DNA from: the human T2T-CHM13v2.0 reference genome, Homo sapiens
Assembly: GCF_009914755.1 (NCBI RefSeq)
Contig: NC_060933.1
DNA: 64,000 nt
Strand: one strand, 5' to 3'
The translations under genes and the position numbers were made by a program. Numbering within the stretch: the stretch's first letter is position 1; each line of letters opens with the position of its first letter. Positions 42,479 through 56,570 of this stretch are shown piece by piece. The notes below the pieces were generated by a model, which worked only from the letters and a program-made list of their open reading frames with translations, did no database searches and was not told where the DNA came from.

Positions 42479-43427
42479 AAAGAAAAAATAGCAGCAGCAT
42501 TATGAGGCAATATAGGCTCACAAAAATTAGTCAGACTAGATCACTCTCTCTGACTTTTGTCAAAGGGCCCCAAGATTCATAGAATAAGAAAATGCCATAA
42601 AGAGACATAGAGGATTTTTAAAATATACATATCTGTGATCAGTAGATATTCTGTCCATTGACCCACTGAAGCACTTATCATATTTTATTAAATGTATTTG
42701 TATAAATGTGGCACTCATTATTTTCTTTATATCCCTTCCACAATGCCCATGTATAGCAGGTACTCAAAAATGTTTGCTGAATTGATTTTAAATGATGCTA
42801 TACTTTAATTTTCTTTGGAGATTCCAGTAAACTTTTCAATGAAAGGTTAGCATTTCAAGAAAAGATCCTAAAGATAAATGTGAACAAAGGGCTCTGGTTT
42901 TCTTTAGCAGACCAAAGGCAAATAGATTTTCCCTCTCAAGTTCCCAGAAGAGAGGAAGAAATCCATTTGTTGGTGCTCATAAAACAAACACTTGGAGTCC
43001 CATTAAATTCCGTTTGTCCTCAACTACTACCCATGAGCCCTTATTTTCAGTCCCAAAATCTGAATGGCCACTAACCCAACTCTTTTTCTCCAATGTCCTT
43101 GGAAGTTAATTTTTCAAAATAATAAAATTTAGCATGACCTGAGCTATACCAAAACAGTAAGAGAGCTGAGTAGTGAGAAGGAAGGCACATGATACAATAA
43201 GATTGGGTCTCACAAATCTTCTAAGAAATGTCCTTTCCTCATTTAGATAACCAGCTTGGTTAGTTTTTCCCTCATTTGCTTACGCTGTTTTAGACTGAAG
43301 TTAAGTATATGTTTACATTTCTAAAATGCTGTCATTTCAATAATTCCATCTCAGTACCAGAGAACACAAGTCTTGATTTTCCAACTGCCTCCCTGGTGCT
43401 TAAAACATTTGTAGGAATTGAACTTTT

Positions 43428-43557
43428 AGAAAGAAAGAGAGAAAGAGAAAGAAAGAAAGGAAGAAAGGAAGGAAGGAAGGAAGGAAGGAAGGAAGGAAGG
43501 AAGGAAGGAAGGAAGGAAGGAAGGAAGAAAGAAAGAAAGAAAAGAAAGAAACAAGGA

Positions 43558-43616
<59 letters not shown>

Positions 43617-43788
43617 GAGGGAGGGAGGGAGGGAGGGAGGGAGGGAGGGAAGGCAGGCAGGCAAGAAAGAAAGAAAGGAAGGAAGGAAGGAAGAAAGAAA
43701 AGAAAAGAAAAGAAAAGAAAGAAAGAGGGAGAGAGAGAGAGAGGGAGGGAGAGAGAGAGAGAGGGAGGGAGGGAGAGAAAGAGAGAGA
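43428..43788 (+). repeat. Compound polypurine microsatellite: (GGAA)15, (GAAA)15, (GGGA)n, (GAAAA)n, (GA)n
   Basis: About 360 bp almost free of pyrimidines; GGAA run 43467-43526, GAAA run 43556-43615. Confidence 0.97.
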
Positions 43789-44626
43789 ATTCAGGTCTCT
43801 AACTAAAAGGAAAGAGCTACTCTTCCTAAATGTTTAAGTTACAACATAAATTACAGGTAACTCCCACCATAAACACAGCTGCACTATCTCCTTTCATGAC
43901 ATTAATGACAAACACTGTTCCATCAGGATCTCAGGAAAGGCAACAGAAGTCTGCCTTTGTAGAAAGCAAATTAAAACAGTCCTGTTGGCATTCCACAAAA
44001 CACAGCGCATTTGAAGATGTGGGCAAACAAACTAATCCCTCCCATCCACTCTCTCTGGCTTTAGATAAGTAGGAACATTTTTTTAAAACAGCTTCTAGAT
44101 GAAAGGAAAGACTTTCCAGCTGGAATGGGAGCCTGTGTGTCAATGACAAACACATGTACCGAATGTCAACAACACAACCGTATGAAGCATGACAGGAAGT
44201 GCCTCAAATGACTCTTTCCAATGTAGGCCTGACTGGCCATGCTGCTGAGACATTATTTTAAAGGGTCCACAGACACAGCTATGGAATGGGAGCCCCATAC
44301 AATGAGAGACTGAGCTGAAAACTTCCAAGGAAGTAACAGAAAAAGTAGCTCATTCTTAAGTAACTCAGATAATCTCAGTGCCACTGAGACAGTTTCAAAG
44401 CTCCTAAGGACAATAAAAATAAAAATGAGGAGAAAATATTTTGCACTTATTTTTACATAGAGCTATGGCTTTGACATCTGTAAATAGAATAGAATAGCTA
44501 GAAATAGAAGGAGGGAGGGGGAATGGAGGGAAGAGGAACAGAGGAAGAGGGAATGATGAGGAGATAATCCTACCAAATCTTGGGTTGAGTCAGAATTTTA
44601 GAGCTGGATAGAACTTTAATGTTACT

Positions 44627-44822
44627 CAGTGGTTTTCAAGCCCAACTGTGCCTCAGAATCAACTGGGGAACTTAGGAAAGGACGAAATAGATAAATAGAC
44701 AGTCACCAAATCACTCATCTCCAGACTCTGATGGATCTGAGGTGTGCTAAGGCTAGGGTACGAGTTATTTTTAAGCTCCCAGGGGGAGAATTCTCTAGGA
44801 AAGTCAGGGTTAACAAATATTG
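44627..44822. mobile_element. MER5A-like hAT-Charlie MITE
   Basis: CAGTGGTTTTCAAG..CAGAATCAACTGGGGAACTT...TTTTTAAGCTCCCAGG...GGGTTAACAAATATTG. Confidence 0.65.
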
Positions 44823-45099
44823 GTCACACGAAGTATGTTCAGGGCTAAGAGACCAGGGGTTCAGGGTGCTATCGAATCACAGACAAGGAACCCCTGCTCC
44901 CATTTGACAGGCTGGAAGGACGACTGATGGGCTGCTAAAATTGAACCTTAAAGGATAAATTATCGGACAAAGAAAAGAGAGGCAAAGATGAAACTGAATA
45001 AGTAAGCAACGTACATATAGCATGCTAAGGAGTTTGGCAATTATCCAAAGACATTTAGGAACTGTTGCAAGACTTCGTACATGGAATGTCATGTACATC

Positions 45100-45539
45100 T
45101 GCTGTGTTTCCCTGCCAAGGCTCCCTTCCCCCTTCGGCTGATAACACAACCAATTCATGAGGTTTCGGTGGGGCTGATTCTGTTCTCCAAGCTACAGCGG
45201 GTGGGTGTATTACCCAGTCTGGCCAAAGAGAAGGCTTAAGCATTAGCAAATGATTCAGGAATAGACCAGTGATCCTCAATGGGACCTTTCTGCCAAAATC
45301 ACATGGGAAGAGGTTCTCTTTTTGCTGGATCTTGCAGCTGGTAGGGTCTCAGTGCTGATCTGCCAGTGGCCACCATAACCAACAATGCATATGTTTGAAA
45401 CTCTGTGTCAAGCTGGGCCTGAAGTCAAACCTATCTCTTGGAATTCTCAGAGTTGTGGGTCAAATAAATCCCCTGATTTGTTTAATACAGTTTGAGCTGG
45501 ATTTCACTCACTTGTAAACAGAAAAGCCTGACTAATACA
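45100..45539 (+). mobile_element. Old ERVL/MaLR LTR (LTR33/MLT1K-L class)
   Basis: 3' end AATAAATCCCC...TTTGAGCTGGATTTCACTCACTTG...CTGACTAATACA. Confidence 0.55.
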
Positions 45540-45767
45540 GAAACACTATTTTATTTTAGAAAAGCTATGTTCACTGGAAGAGAATGGCATACCATTTGAG
45601 AGGCTACCGCAGTAATGGAGGGGAAAAGTAATGCAGGCCTGACCCAGGCATGAACAATGGGGGTGGTGAGGAAGTGGAGAAAGAGGGAAAGAAAGAGAGA
45701 GAGAAACTGCCTGACCATGGTGTTTGGAAGATGATACATAATAATTACAAAAAGAAATGATAGATGT

Positions 45768-46184
<417 letters not shown>

Positions 46185-46207
46185 TCAATGCATATTAAAA
46201 GCATGCC

Positions 46208-46587
<380 letters not shown>

Positions 46588-49500
46588 CTAGATTTCCAGT
46601 CATTTTCTATTCCAAATCTGTCAACAAGATATCATTATATATTGCCAGTAAGATATTAATAATGATTTTATAATTTGGAGGAAATCTTATATTAATACTT
46701 TTTAAAACAAAGTTTTATTAACTTAAGTTACCATAAAGTAACACCCCAGATTAAAACAACCAAGCTCAGCACAAATTATGTGTTTCTAGTGATTCTTGCA
46801 GATCTCATTTTTAAAATATGAAGGGAAAGACCATTCATGCCTGTCCATAGATGAATTCAGTAGCAGAAAATTAATGAACAGAAATATTGGATATTTATCA
46901 AAATAAAAAGACCAACTTGATATGAGAATAGGCTATTAAAATTTTGAGGTATTCAAAGAAGTCTATTTCAGTGAAATACAGGCAATTACATATGATAGAT
47001 AGATTACAAAGCCTAATACAACGACTGAAAGAGACCCCAAGAGAACTAAGATTATCCACCAAGGACATAACATCAGTGAAGGAGTCCCAGAAACCAAGTC
47101 TCCAGTTTTAAGTAACAACTTTCTACAAGTTTAATAAGCTATGCATCATTCTACATAAGCGAAGTTATTCTGAGGCTGACAGCATTAATGATACACTGCA
47201 ACGTGGTACATATTGGCAGGAAATGTTTGCTTTAATGTATGCCAAGCCATCTCTATCATGCTGCTTGATGATCTGCAGAGTCTTAAATGTGATCTGTGTA
47301 GGGAAATACAAGAGAAGTTATTGTTTGCATCTATTTAGCCCCACATATCCTCTGTTATTCAGTAAGATATTGTCAGCCACTTCCTGCATGTGGACAGAAA
47401 GCCTTTATAGTCTGTGAAAATCTGTCCACAGTGTATTGATGTGTTATGTACACACATACACAAAAAGAAGTACAGAGGCAAAAACCAAAAAATATAACCT
47501 CCGAGTTTTAGCTGAATCCATCAGGGCTGTGCCATGCAGATAGATATTTCTACCTGGGGAAACTGAGTATTTTTTCTTGATGTGTTTCATTACCTCTTTT
47601 TCAACACTGCATGGTGTTCTAAATGTTATAGCCCTTCCACTGATTTTAGCTTCCACATAAAATGATCAGGAATCAGAATCCTTCACCAAGTTCATACAAA
47701 TTCAGACCCAGATAATTTTAAGACAGCTTAATAGGTGTACTTCCATCTAGAGTACGAATTCTTCCACATCTCTGTCAATTGATTTCTCTGTCTCAGCTTA
47801 AATACTTCCAAAGATGGGAATCTCTCCAACCTATGCTATATTCTGATGATACCTTTGACATTTTGCTTTTTGATAGAACACGGTCTATCTCCTTAGATAT
47901 TTCCTTTTAGGAGACATTCATTTCCTCCAATAAGCTGCTGACTAAAGAGGTGCTCTTCAAATCTCCCTTAGCACAGATGTCACCTTGATCTTGTGATCAC
48001 CTGGATAGAGCTATAGGCAGCCTGATATATTCTCAGATCCACTGAAGCAGATCCTTCAGAATCCCCACTTCCTGGATATCAAATGAATCAGAGTTCTTTG
48101 CAGGTTTTTCTAGAAGCTTCCCCTATGAACTGCTAGAAAAATTGCCTACTTCTCCAGCTGTTCTCATTCTCCCTGGATTGAAAATTCTTTTCTACCTACT
48201 TGGTTCCACTCTCTAGGAGCCAAAGCCTCTTCACTATAGATTCCATGGAGAAACACTGATGCTCAATATTTTTTATCTTAATTCATGTAGTAGACATAGA
48301 GGCACTGTTTTTTAGCTGTAGTCAATATGACTTGATAATCACCTAGTGTTTTGATTCCTAAATGTCTGCAGAAGAAATAGGTGTCAGAGTGATGTTAGCA
48401 AGATGATGGACTAGGAAGCTACAGGCCCTTCTTTCCCCTACAGAGACACCAAGTTAACAACAGTATATGGACCAGAATGCCCCTGTGAGAACTCCAGAGA
48501 CCAGGTAAGATGCTATAGCACCCAGGCCATTGTAAAATGAAGAAAGGATTCCAGAAAAGGGGTAGAAAGCCTTATGGCAGTTGGTGCACCTGTTCATGCT
48601 TCTGCACATTCACAGTATAGTATGGAGAAATTGGGAGGAAATCTTCAAACTGAGGGTCCTTCCTCAGAACAGAAACAAAAGAGCAGACTTTGCACTCAAA
48701 GTTCTGGCATGTAGGGGGGCTGTCTGAGAGTCTGGTTTTGCTTGACTTAGAGCAGAGGCAGGATCAGACGCTGCTGAAAACAAAGTCTAGCAGCACATTA
48801 GATGTGCAGTTCTACAGGCAGATGCCAGGGGGAGCAAGAGATCAGAAAAGGTTTGAAAGGTGCTTGAACAGATAACTAGACTGACTGGTGACAGGTTCCA
48901 CCTGAACAAATCCAGTATGCAGACTGTTAGAGGTGGGTGCTTTTTCAAATGCCCAAATCCCAGCCAAAAAAGAAAAAAATTTACAAGATGTACAAAGAAA
49001 CACGGAAACATAACCCAATCAAAGGAGCAAACTAAAACTACATAAACCAACCCTAAAGAAATGCAGATGTATGAGTTGTTTGACAAACAATTTAAAATAA
49101 CTGTCATAAAGATACTCAATAAACTAAAAGAGAACAGATAGACAACTAAATGAAATCAGAAAAACAACATATGAACAAAATGTGAATATCAAACAGAGAT
49201 AGAAGCTATACGAAGAACAAAACAAAAATTCAGCAGTTGTATGTCAATAAATTGGATAACCTAAAAGAAATGGATAAATTCCTAGAAACACACACCCTAC
49301 CTAGACTGAATCATGAAGACATAGAAAATCTGAAGAGATCAGAAACTTGTAAATTATTGAAACAGTGATCAAAAATCTCTCCACAAAGAAAAGCCCAGGA
49401 CCAGATGACTTCACTGGAGAACTCTACCAAACATTTAAAGAAGAATTCAAGTCAATTTCAAGAGAATTCACATCAATTCTGAAACTCTTCCAAAAAATTA

Positions 49501-49892
49501 AAGAGGAACACTTCTAAGCTCATTCTATTAGGCTCTGATACCAAAACCAGACAAAGAAATTACAAGAAAAGAAAACTACAAACCAGTATCCCTAATAAAT
49601 ATTGATGTAAAAATCCTCAAGAAAATACTAGCAAACTGTTCAACAGCACATTAAAAGGATTATACGCCATGACCAAGTGGGACTTATTCATGAAAAGCAA
49701 GGAGAGTTTTGCATACAAAATTTAATCAATGTAATATACCACAATAACAGAATGGAAGACAAAAATGACATCATCATCTCAACTGATAGAGAAAAAACAT
49801 TTGACAAGATTCAACACCCTTTCATGATAAAAATCATTCAATAAACCTGGACAGGAAGGAAACTACCTCAACATAAGAAAAGCCATTTATGA

Positions 49893-50257
<365 letters not shown>

Positions 50258-50376
50258 CTAAGATAAGGAAAAAGGCTTAATAACTGCTCTCCCCACTCCT
50301 ATTCAACATAGTATTGGAAGTCATAGCCAGAACAATTAAACAAGAACAGAACAATTAGGAAAGAAAAAGAAATACA

Positions 50377-50677
50377 GACGGGTGCAGTGGCTCACGCCTG
50401 TAATCCCAGCACTTAGGGAGGCCGAGGCAGGCGGATCACGAGGTCAGGAGTTGGAGACCAGCCTGACCAACATGGTGAAACCCCGTCTCTACTAAAAATA
50501 CAAAAATTAGCCAGGCGTGGTGGCATATGTCTGTAATCCCAGCTACTCAGGAGGCTGAGGCAGGAGAATTGCTTGAACCCAGGAGGCAGAGGTTGCAGTG
50601 AACCGAGATCATGCTATAGTACTCCAGGCTGGGTGACAGAGCGAGACTCTGTCTCAAAAAAAATAAAGAAAGAAAGA
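50377..50677 (+). mobile_element. AluSg-like in L1
   Basis: GGATCACGAGGTCAGGAG; TSD AAAGAAATACA. Confidence 0.95.
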
Positions 50678-51861
50678 AAGAAATACAAGAAATCCAAATT
50701 GGAAAGGTGTTAAAATTATCACTGTTCACAGATGACACGATTTTATATGTAAAAAACTCTAAAGATTTCGCACCAAAAGAAACCTTGTTAGAATTAATAA
50801 ATTCAGTATAAATTGCAGGATACAAAATTGACACAAAAAAACCCATTGTATTTCTATATACTAACAATGGACAATCTGAAAAGGAAATTAAGAAAACGAT
50901 TCCATTTATAATAATATCAAAAAGAATAAAATGCTTGGGAATAACCTAACCAAGGAAGTGAGAAGCTTATACATTGAAAACTAGAAAATATCACTATTAC
51001 TAAATGAAATTAAAGTTGACACAAATAAATGGAAAGGCTCCCAGTGTTTGGGGATTGGAAGATTTAATATTGTTAAGATGGACATACTACCCAAAAGCAA
51101 TCTACAGATTCAAAGCAATTCTTATCAAAAAATACAACAGCATTTTTTGTAGCAATAAAAAAATTCATCTTAAATCATCTTAAAATCAATATGGAATCTC
51201 AGGGGATCCCAAAAAGCCAACACAATTTTGAAAAAGGAGGAGATATTTGGAGGACTCATACTTTTGATTTCAAAACATACTACAAAGCTACAGTAATCAA
51301 AACAGTGTGATACTGGCATAAAGACAGACAATAGACCAAAAGAATAGGATAGAGAGCCCAGAAATAAATGCTCGTATATACAGTCAAATAATCTTCAACA
51401 AGGGCGCCAAGACCACTCAGTGGAGGAAGGACAGTCTCCTCAACAAATGGTGTTGGGAAAATTGAACATCCACATGCAAAAGAATAAAAATGGGCCCTTA
51501 TCTTACACCATATACAAAACTTAACTCAAAATAGATTGAAGACCTAAATGTAAGACCAAAAATAATATAATTCCTAGAAAAAAAAATCTTCATGATTAGG
51601 ATTTGCCAATAATTTCTTAGATATGACACTAAAAGCACAGCCAGCAAGAGCAAAATAGGCAAATTGGAATATATCAAAGTTTAAAACTTTTGTTTATCAA
51701 AGGACACAATCAACAGAGTGAAAAGGTAACCCACAGAATGGGAGAAAATCATTGGAAATCATAGATCTAATAAGGGGTTAATATCCAGAATATATAAAGA
51801 ATTCCCATAACTCAGCAACAACAACAACAAAAATACAAATAACCCAATTAAAAAATGGACA

Positions 51862-52153
51862 GGCCAGGCACAGTGGCTCATGCCTGTAATTTCACCACCT
51901 TGGGAGGCTGAGGCAGGCGGGTCGCTTGAGCTCGGGAGTCTGAGACTAGCCCAGGTGACACGGCAAAAAGCCGTCTCTACAAAAAATATAAAAATTAGCT
52001 GGGTGTGATGGTGCACACCTATAGTCCCAGCTACTCAGGAGGCTGAAGTGGGAGAATCATTTGAGCACAGGAGGTTGAGGCTGCTGTGGGCCGAGATCAC
52101 ACCACTGCACTCCAGCCTGGGCAACAGAGTGGAACCCTGCCTGAAAAAGAAAA
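51862..52153 (+). mobile_element. AluJb-like in L1
   Basis: J-type dimer inserted at AAAAAATGG of L1 ORF2. Confidence 0.92.
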
Positions 52154-52330
52154 GGTGGGTAGGGGTAAAGGATTTGAATAGACATTTGTCATAAGATGAC
52201 ATACAGATGGTCAACACACATGTGAAAAGATGCTCAGCATCAGGGAAATGCAAATCAAAACTTCAATGAGGAGATCACCTCACACTCATCAGAATGACTA
52301 CTATTAAAAAAAATAGTAAGCGCTGGCAAG

Positions 52331-52808
52331 TGCTATGGTTTGAATATTTGTCCTCCAAAACTCATGTTGTAATTTAATCCCCAATGTGGTAGTATTGAGA
52401 GGTGGAGCCTTTAAGAGGTTATTGGGTCATGAAGGCTCTGCGTTCATTAGTGGATTCATGGACTAATGGATTAATGGGTTAGCATGGGAATGAGACTAGT
52501 GGCTTTATAAGAAGAGGAGGAGAGACTTGAACTAGGATACTCAGCTTCCTTGCCAGGTGATGCCCTGTGCCATCTTGGGACTACAGAGAATCCCCGTCAG
52601 CAAGAAGGCTCTCACCAGATGCAGGCTTTTGACTTTGGACATCTCAGCCTCCATAACTCTAAGAAATAAATTCCTTCCAGCCTGGGTGATGGAGCAAGAC
52701 CCTGCCTCCAGAAAAAAAAAAAAAAAAAGAAAGAAAGGAAAAAGAAATTTCTTTTATCCATGCAGTTTTAGGTATTCTGTTATAAACAACAGAAATCAGA
52801 CTAAGATA
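52331..52808 (+). mobile_element. MSTB/C-like solo LTR in L1
   Basis: TGCTATGGTTTGAATATTTGTCC...GACTAAGATA; TSD GCAAG/GCAAA. Confidence 0.88.
52676..52745 (+). mobile_element. Severely 5'-truncated Alu (~35 bp plus tail) in the MST LTR
   Basis: TCCAGCCTGGGTGATGGAGCAAGACCCTGCCTC followed by A tail, at the LTR AATAAA region. Confidence 0.85.
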
Positions 52809-52978
52809 GCAAAACATGGAGAAATTGGAACCCTTGCACATTGCTGATAGAATTGTACAATGATGCAACCACTATACAAAACCATATGGAGATTCCTAAA
52901 AAATGTTAAGATAGAACTGCTATATGAGCCAGCAATCCCACTTCTGGGTTTATATGCAAAAGAATTGAAAGTAGGGAT

Positions 52979-53340
52979 AGCCAGCTGCAATGGCTCACAC
53001 CTATAATCCTAGCACTTGGGAAGGCTGAGGCAGGAGGATCACTTGAGCTCAGGAGCTCAAGGGCAGCCTGGGCAACATAGTGAGACCTCATCTCTACAAA
53101 ATTTTTAACATTAGCCAGGTATAGTGGCGCATGCCTGTCCCAACTACTGAGGAGGCTGAGGCTGGAGGAAACCCCTTGAGCCTGAGAGGTTGAGGGTGCA
53201 GTGAGATATAATCATGCCACCGCACTCCAGCCTGGGCGACAGAGCAAGACCCCATATCAAGAAAAGAAAGGAAGGAAGGAAGGAAGGAAGGAAGGAAGGG
53301 AGGGAAGGAGGGAGGGAGGGACAAGGGAAGGGAAGGGAAG
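52979..53340 (+). mobile_element. AluJ in L1 with (GGAA)7/GGGA tail
   Basis: J-type dimer; tail expanded to a purine microsatellite at 53259-53340. Confidence 0.92.
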
Positions 53341-54174
53341 AGTCTCGATGAGATATTTGATGCCCATATCCACAGCAGTACCATTCAGAACAGCCAAGAA
53401 GTGGAAGCAACCCAAATGTCCATCAACTGATGAACGAATAAACAAAACATAGTATATACCTACAATGAAATATTATTCAGCCTTAAAAAAGGGAAGTGGT
53501 GTCACATGCTACAACATGAACGAACCTTGTGGACATTATGCTAAGTGAAATAAGCCAACAACAAAAAGACAAATAGTATATGATTTTACTTACATAAGGT
53601 ACTTAGAGTAGTCAAATTTATAGAAGCAGAAAGTAGAATGGTGGTTAACAGAAGCTAAGAGGAGGAGGAAAAAGAGTTATTTAATGGGTATAGAGTTCAG
53701 ATTTGTAAGATAAAAAAGTTCTGGAGATCTGTTTCACAATAATATGAATATATTTAACACTACTGAACTGAACATTGTTTAAATTGTTAAGATGGTAAAG
53801 TATATGTTATGTATTTTTTTACCACAATAGAAAAAAATTCTGTGGAGACCTTCAAGAACCTAATGAAAGTTATGCCCCTAACCTTGCGAGAAAAATACAT
53901 AGACATTGTATATAATTTCAGGGAGTCAAAGGACATCCACTGGGAGAGATGCATAGGTAAGAACTGCTAGGCTAGGCTAAGCTTTATACTTGAAAGATAA
54001 GAAAAATAAGGAACAGAGAAGGCAAATTATTTTCTCCAAGATCTCATTGCTCAACAGTAACAAAGCTTGCTTTAGACCCCGGGTATTCTGATTCATGATC
54101 TGGTGCCTTTTCTACCGCTGCATGTTGCTTCTTATATTGGGGGCTATATAACCACTAAAAATTGGGCAAAAAGT

Positions 54175-54490
54175 GGAACTGAAATTCATTTGCAACAAAG
54201 GCCTCAGCTGACCCTATGAGGAGCTCTGGAGCTGAGAAGGCCAATCATAGTTGTCTGAAGTGGGAGAGGGGCTAGAAAGTGGGATCAGGAGTCTGGTCCT
54301 TCTTTCTTACCCATTAGCCAGTCAATAGATGCAGCTGCTCAGAAGGCATGTGACCTTGGGCCAGGAAGATCTCATCAGGACCTCAGTTGAGACCCATCAG
54401 TCATCAATACTCCCAGCAGGACAGTGGGATGTATACCTGGATCCTGGGGAAGGGGGAATTTGGGCAAGGCAGGATTACTTCCAATACAGT
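54175..54490 (-). mobile_element. LTR16-like ERVL LTR fragment
   Basis: GGCCTCAGCTGACCCTATGAGGAGCTCTGGAGCTG...GGCATGTGACCTTGGGC. Confidence 0.7.
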
Positions 54491-55254
54491 GGGTGTGGGA
54501 ACACTTGCAACAAGCCTTCTCTTCCTTTTCAAATAACCTCAACATTTTAAAGTCATATTTTCCTCTTGTTTCTTCATGCTTCTTGAAGAACTAAGGACAA
54601 CCCATAGATTATCAAGAGCAGAAAGAATGCAGCTATGATGCCTCAAGCTTATCTGTGAGGCATCTGAGGACTCCTCTAAACACTGTAATGACAATTGACC
54701 TTGACAAAATTGGGGAGTCTGTTTCCGAAAATAGTCTCTGGGGGATCCCAAGAGTAATGGGATGAAATTGATCGAGCAATGCACTGTTTCGTTTTATAGC
54801 CTTTCCATTTGTCACACAAATTATAATGAATACTTGTTGCTTGATTTACATTTCGGCCTTCACACTCTTTGCAGCTCCTGCCATGTTTACATGCACCATC
54901 TGGAAGAACTAATGAGTCAAGGAGCACCAGAAATTATAATTTGCTTTGACTAAACCTAGAAGATTTTTACTGGCAATAAAATGATTTTGCTTTTTATTTC
55001 CCCTGAAATTGCAAGGAGATTAAAACATGAGTTTCACTGAGTTTAGGGCAGAAATATGCAAAGCAAATTTTAATAGAATGAACCTGCAGGCATCTGGCAT
55101 TCCTTATCAATTCAGAATAATTTAGTCATTATAGCAACAGTCTCATGATAGAAAGTCTCCTCTGACACTGGAATTCTTAAAAATGATTACCTAGCCTGTA
55201 CTCAAATGTCACAGTGGGTCTCAGTGGGCCTAGGAGGGAACACACAGGAATGCT

Positions 55255-55500
55255 AAGTAGCTTAGAGTTTAAGAACTTGGTCTATGTCTCCCATGGCCTT
55301 ACAGCTCACATCTGGCATTTATGATTGATATGACACTGGACAGGTCACCTAACCTCTTTATATATCAGGTACTTTGTATACAAAACAGAGATAATAATAG
55401 GAACCATATAATGGAGTTATTGTGAGAATTAAATGAGATAATAGAAGGAAATTACACTAAACTTTAGGCATGATACTAAAGCACTCAATAAACAGTCACA
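55255..55500 (+). mobile_element. MIR
   Basis: TGACACTGGACAGGTCACCTAACCTC...TTGTGAGAATTAAATGAGATAAT...GCACTCAATAAA. Confidence 0.8.
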
Positions 55501-55989
55501 GTTATTTCCCAAAAAATAAATTACTCTTTCAAAGGAAATTTAGTCTCTCTTGGGTCAGAATTGCCCTGCATAGAGAGTAACTAAGGATAATATGGATGAG
55601 TTAATTAAATACATCCATAGTTTAGTCGAAGTGTTCATTTTTATTCCACGACAGAGTGTGAAGGAGTTAGCCCTGGCCTAGCAAGGCTAGGTCCAATGGA
55701 CTCTAGGAAATGTAAATGAAGATGCAGATGGGGTCAACTACTTGGAAAACATTTCACATTCTAATTCTTCCTAAAAATTAAATTTAGAAAAGGAAATAAA
55801 TGACTGTTCTAGTCATTTCTGTTGCCATAGCAAACATCTCTCCCACTGGCAAAGTGAAGGAAAGAGGTAAATATTACGACTACCCAGTAAATCCAAAAGG
55901 ACATAATTATAATCCTTGAAAGGCTCTACTAAAAATAATGTGTTCAATTTAGCATGCTGGAATTAATGTAATTTGTACAGGTTTTATAA

Positions 55990-56570
55990 AATAGTATTTG
56001 TTATTTCTGTTTATAAAACAGAAAATTTTGTATTGTAGAAGATTAATAAACTACATTAAACTTCTGAAGAAGATAACAAAAATCACCCAAATTCTACAAC
56101 TCAGAGATTAAACACATAATATTAATGGGTTTCCTTCTAGTTTATTCCTATGCACAAATATGTTGGGTTTTCTTTTTTCAGAATTATGATCGTACTATCT
56201 GTTCAATGTTTGACCCTACTAAGATTTATTGTTTAAAAGTAAACACTTTCTACTGTCATAGTTTTTGAAAATGTGATTTTTAGCAATGTGTAATATCCTC
56301 TTATATAGATTTCTTGTAGGAATCATTAGTGATTTTTAACTTTTTACTTTAAAAAATAAAGCTGCAGTAAACATCTTTGCTCATTAATCTTGCTCCAAAT
56401 CTTTGCTTTTTTAAGATAGATTCCTAGAAGTGGAATTATTACAAAGACTATATTTTAAGCCAATTAATGCCAACCAATTGCTTTCCAAAAAGACGTAAGA
56501 TGATACCCACTTACATTTTTATCAGCAATGCATGAATACTCATCTTACCAAACCTTCGCCAGCACCAAAT
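55990..56570 (-). mobile_element. L1ME 3' fragment
   Basis: GCTGCAGTAAACATCTTTG...GATAGATTCCTAGAAGTGGAATT...CCAATTGCTTTCCAAAAAG. Confidence 0.7.

Noticed and set aside
43309-43806. 165-aa K/E/R/G-rich ORF and its antisense S/F/L/P ORF
   Set aside because: Translation of the polypurine microsatellite, which cannot contain stops.
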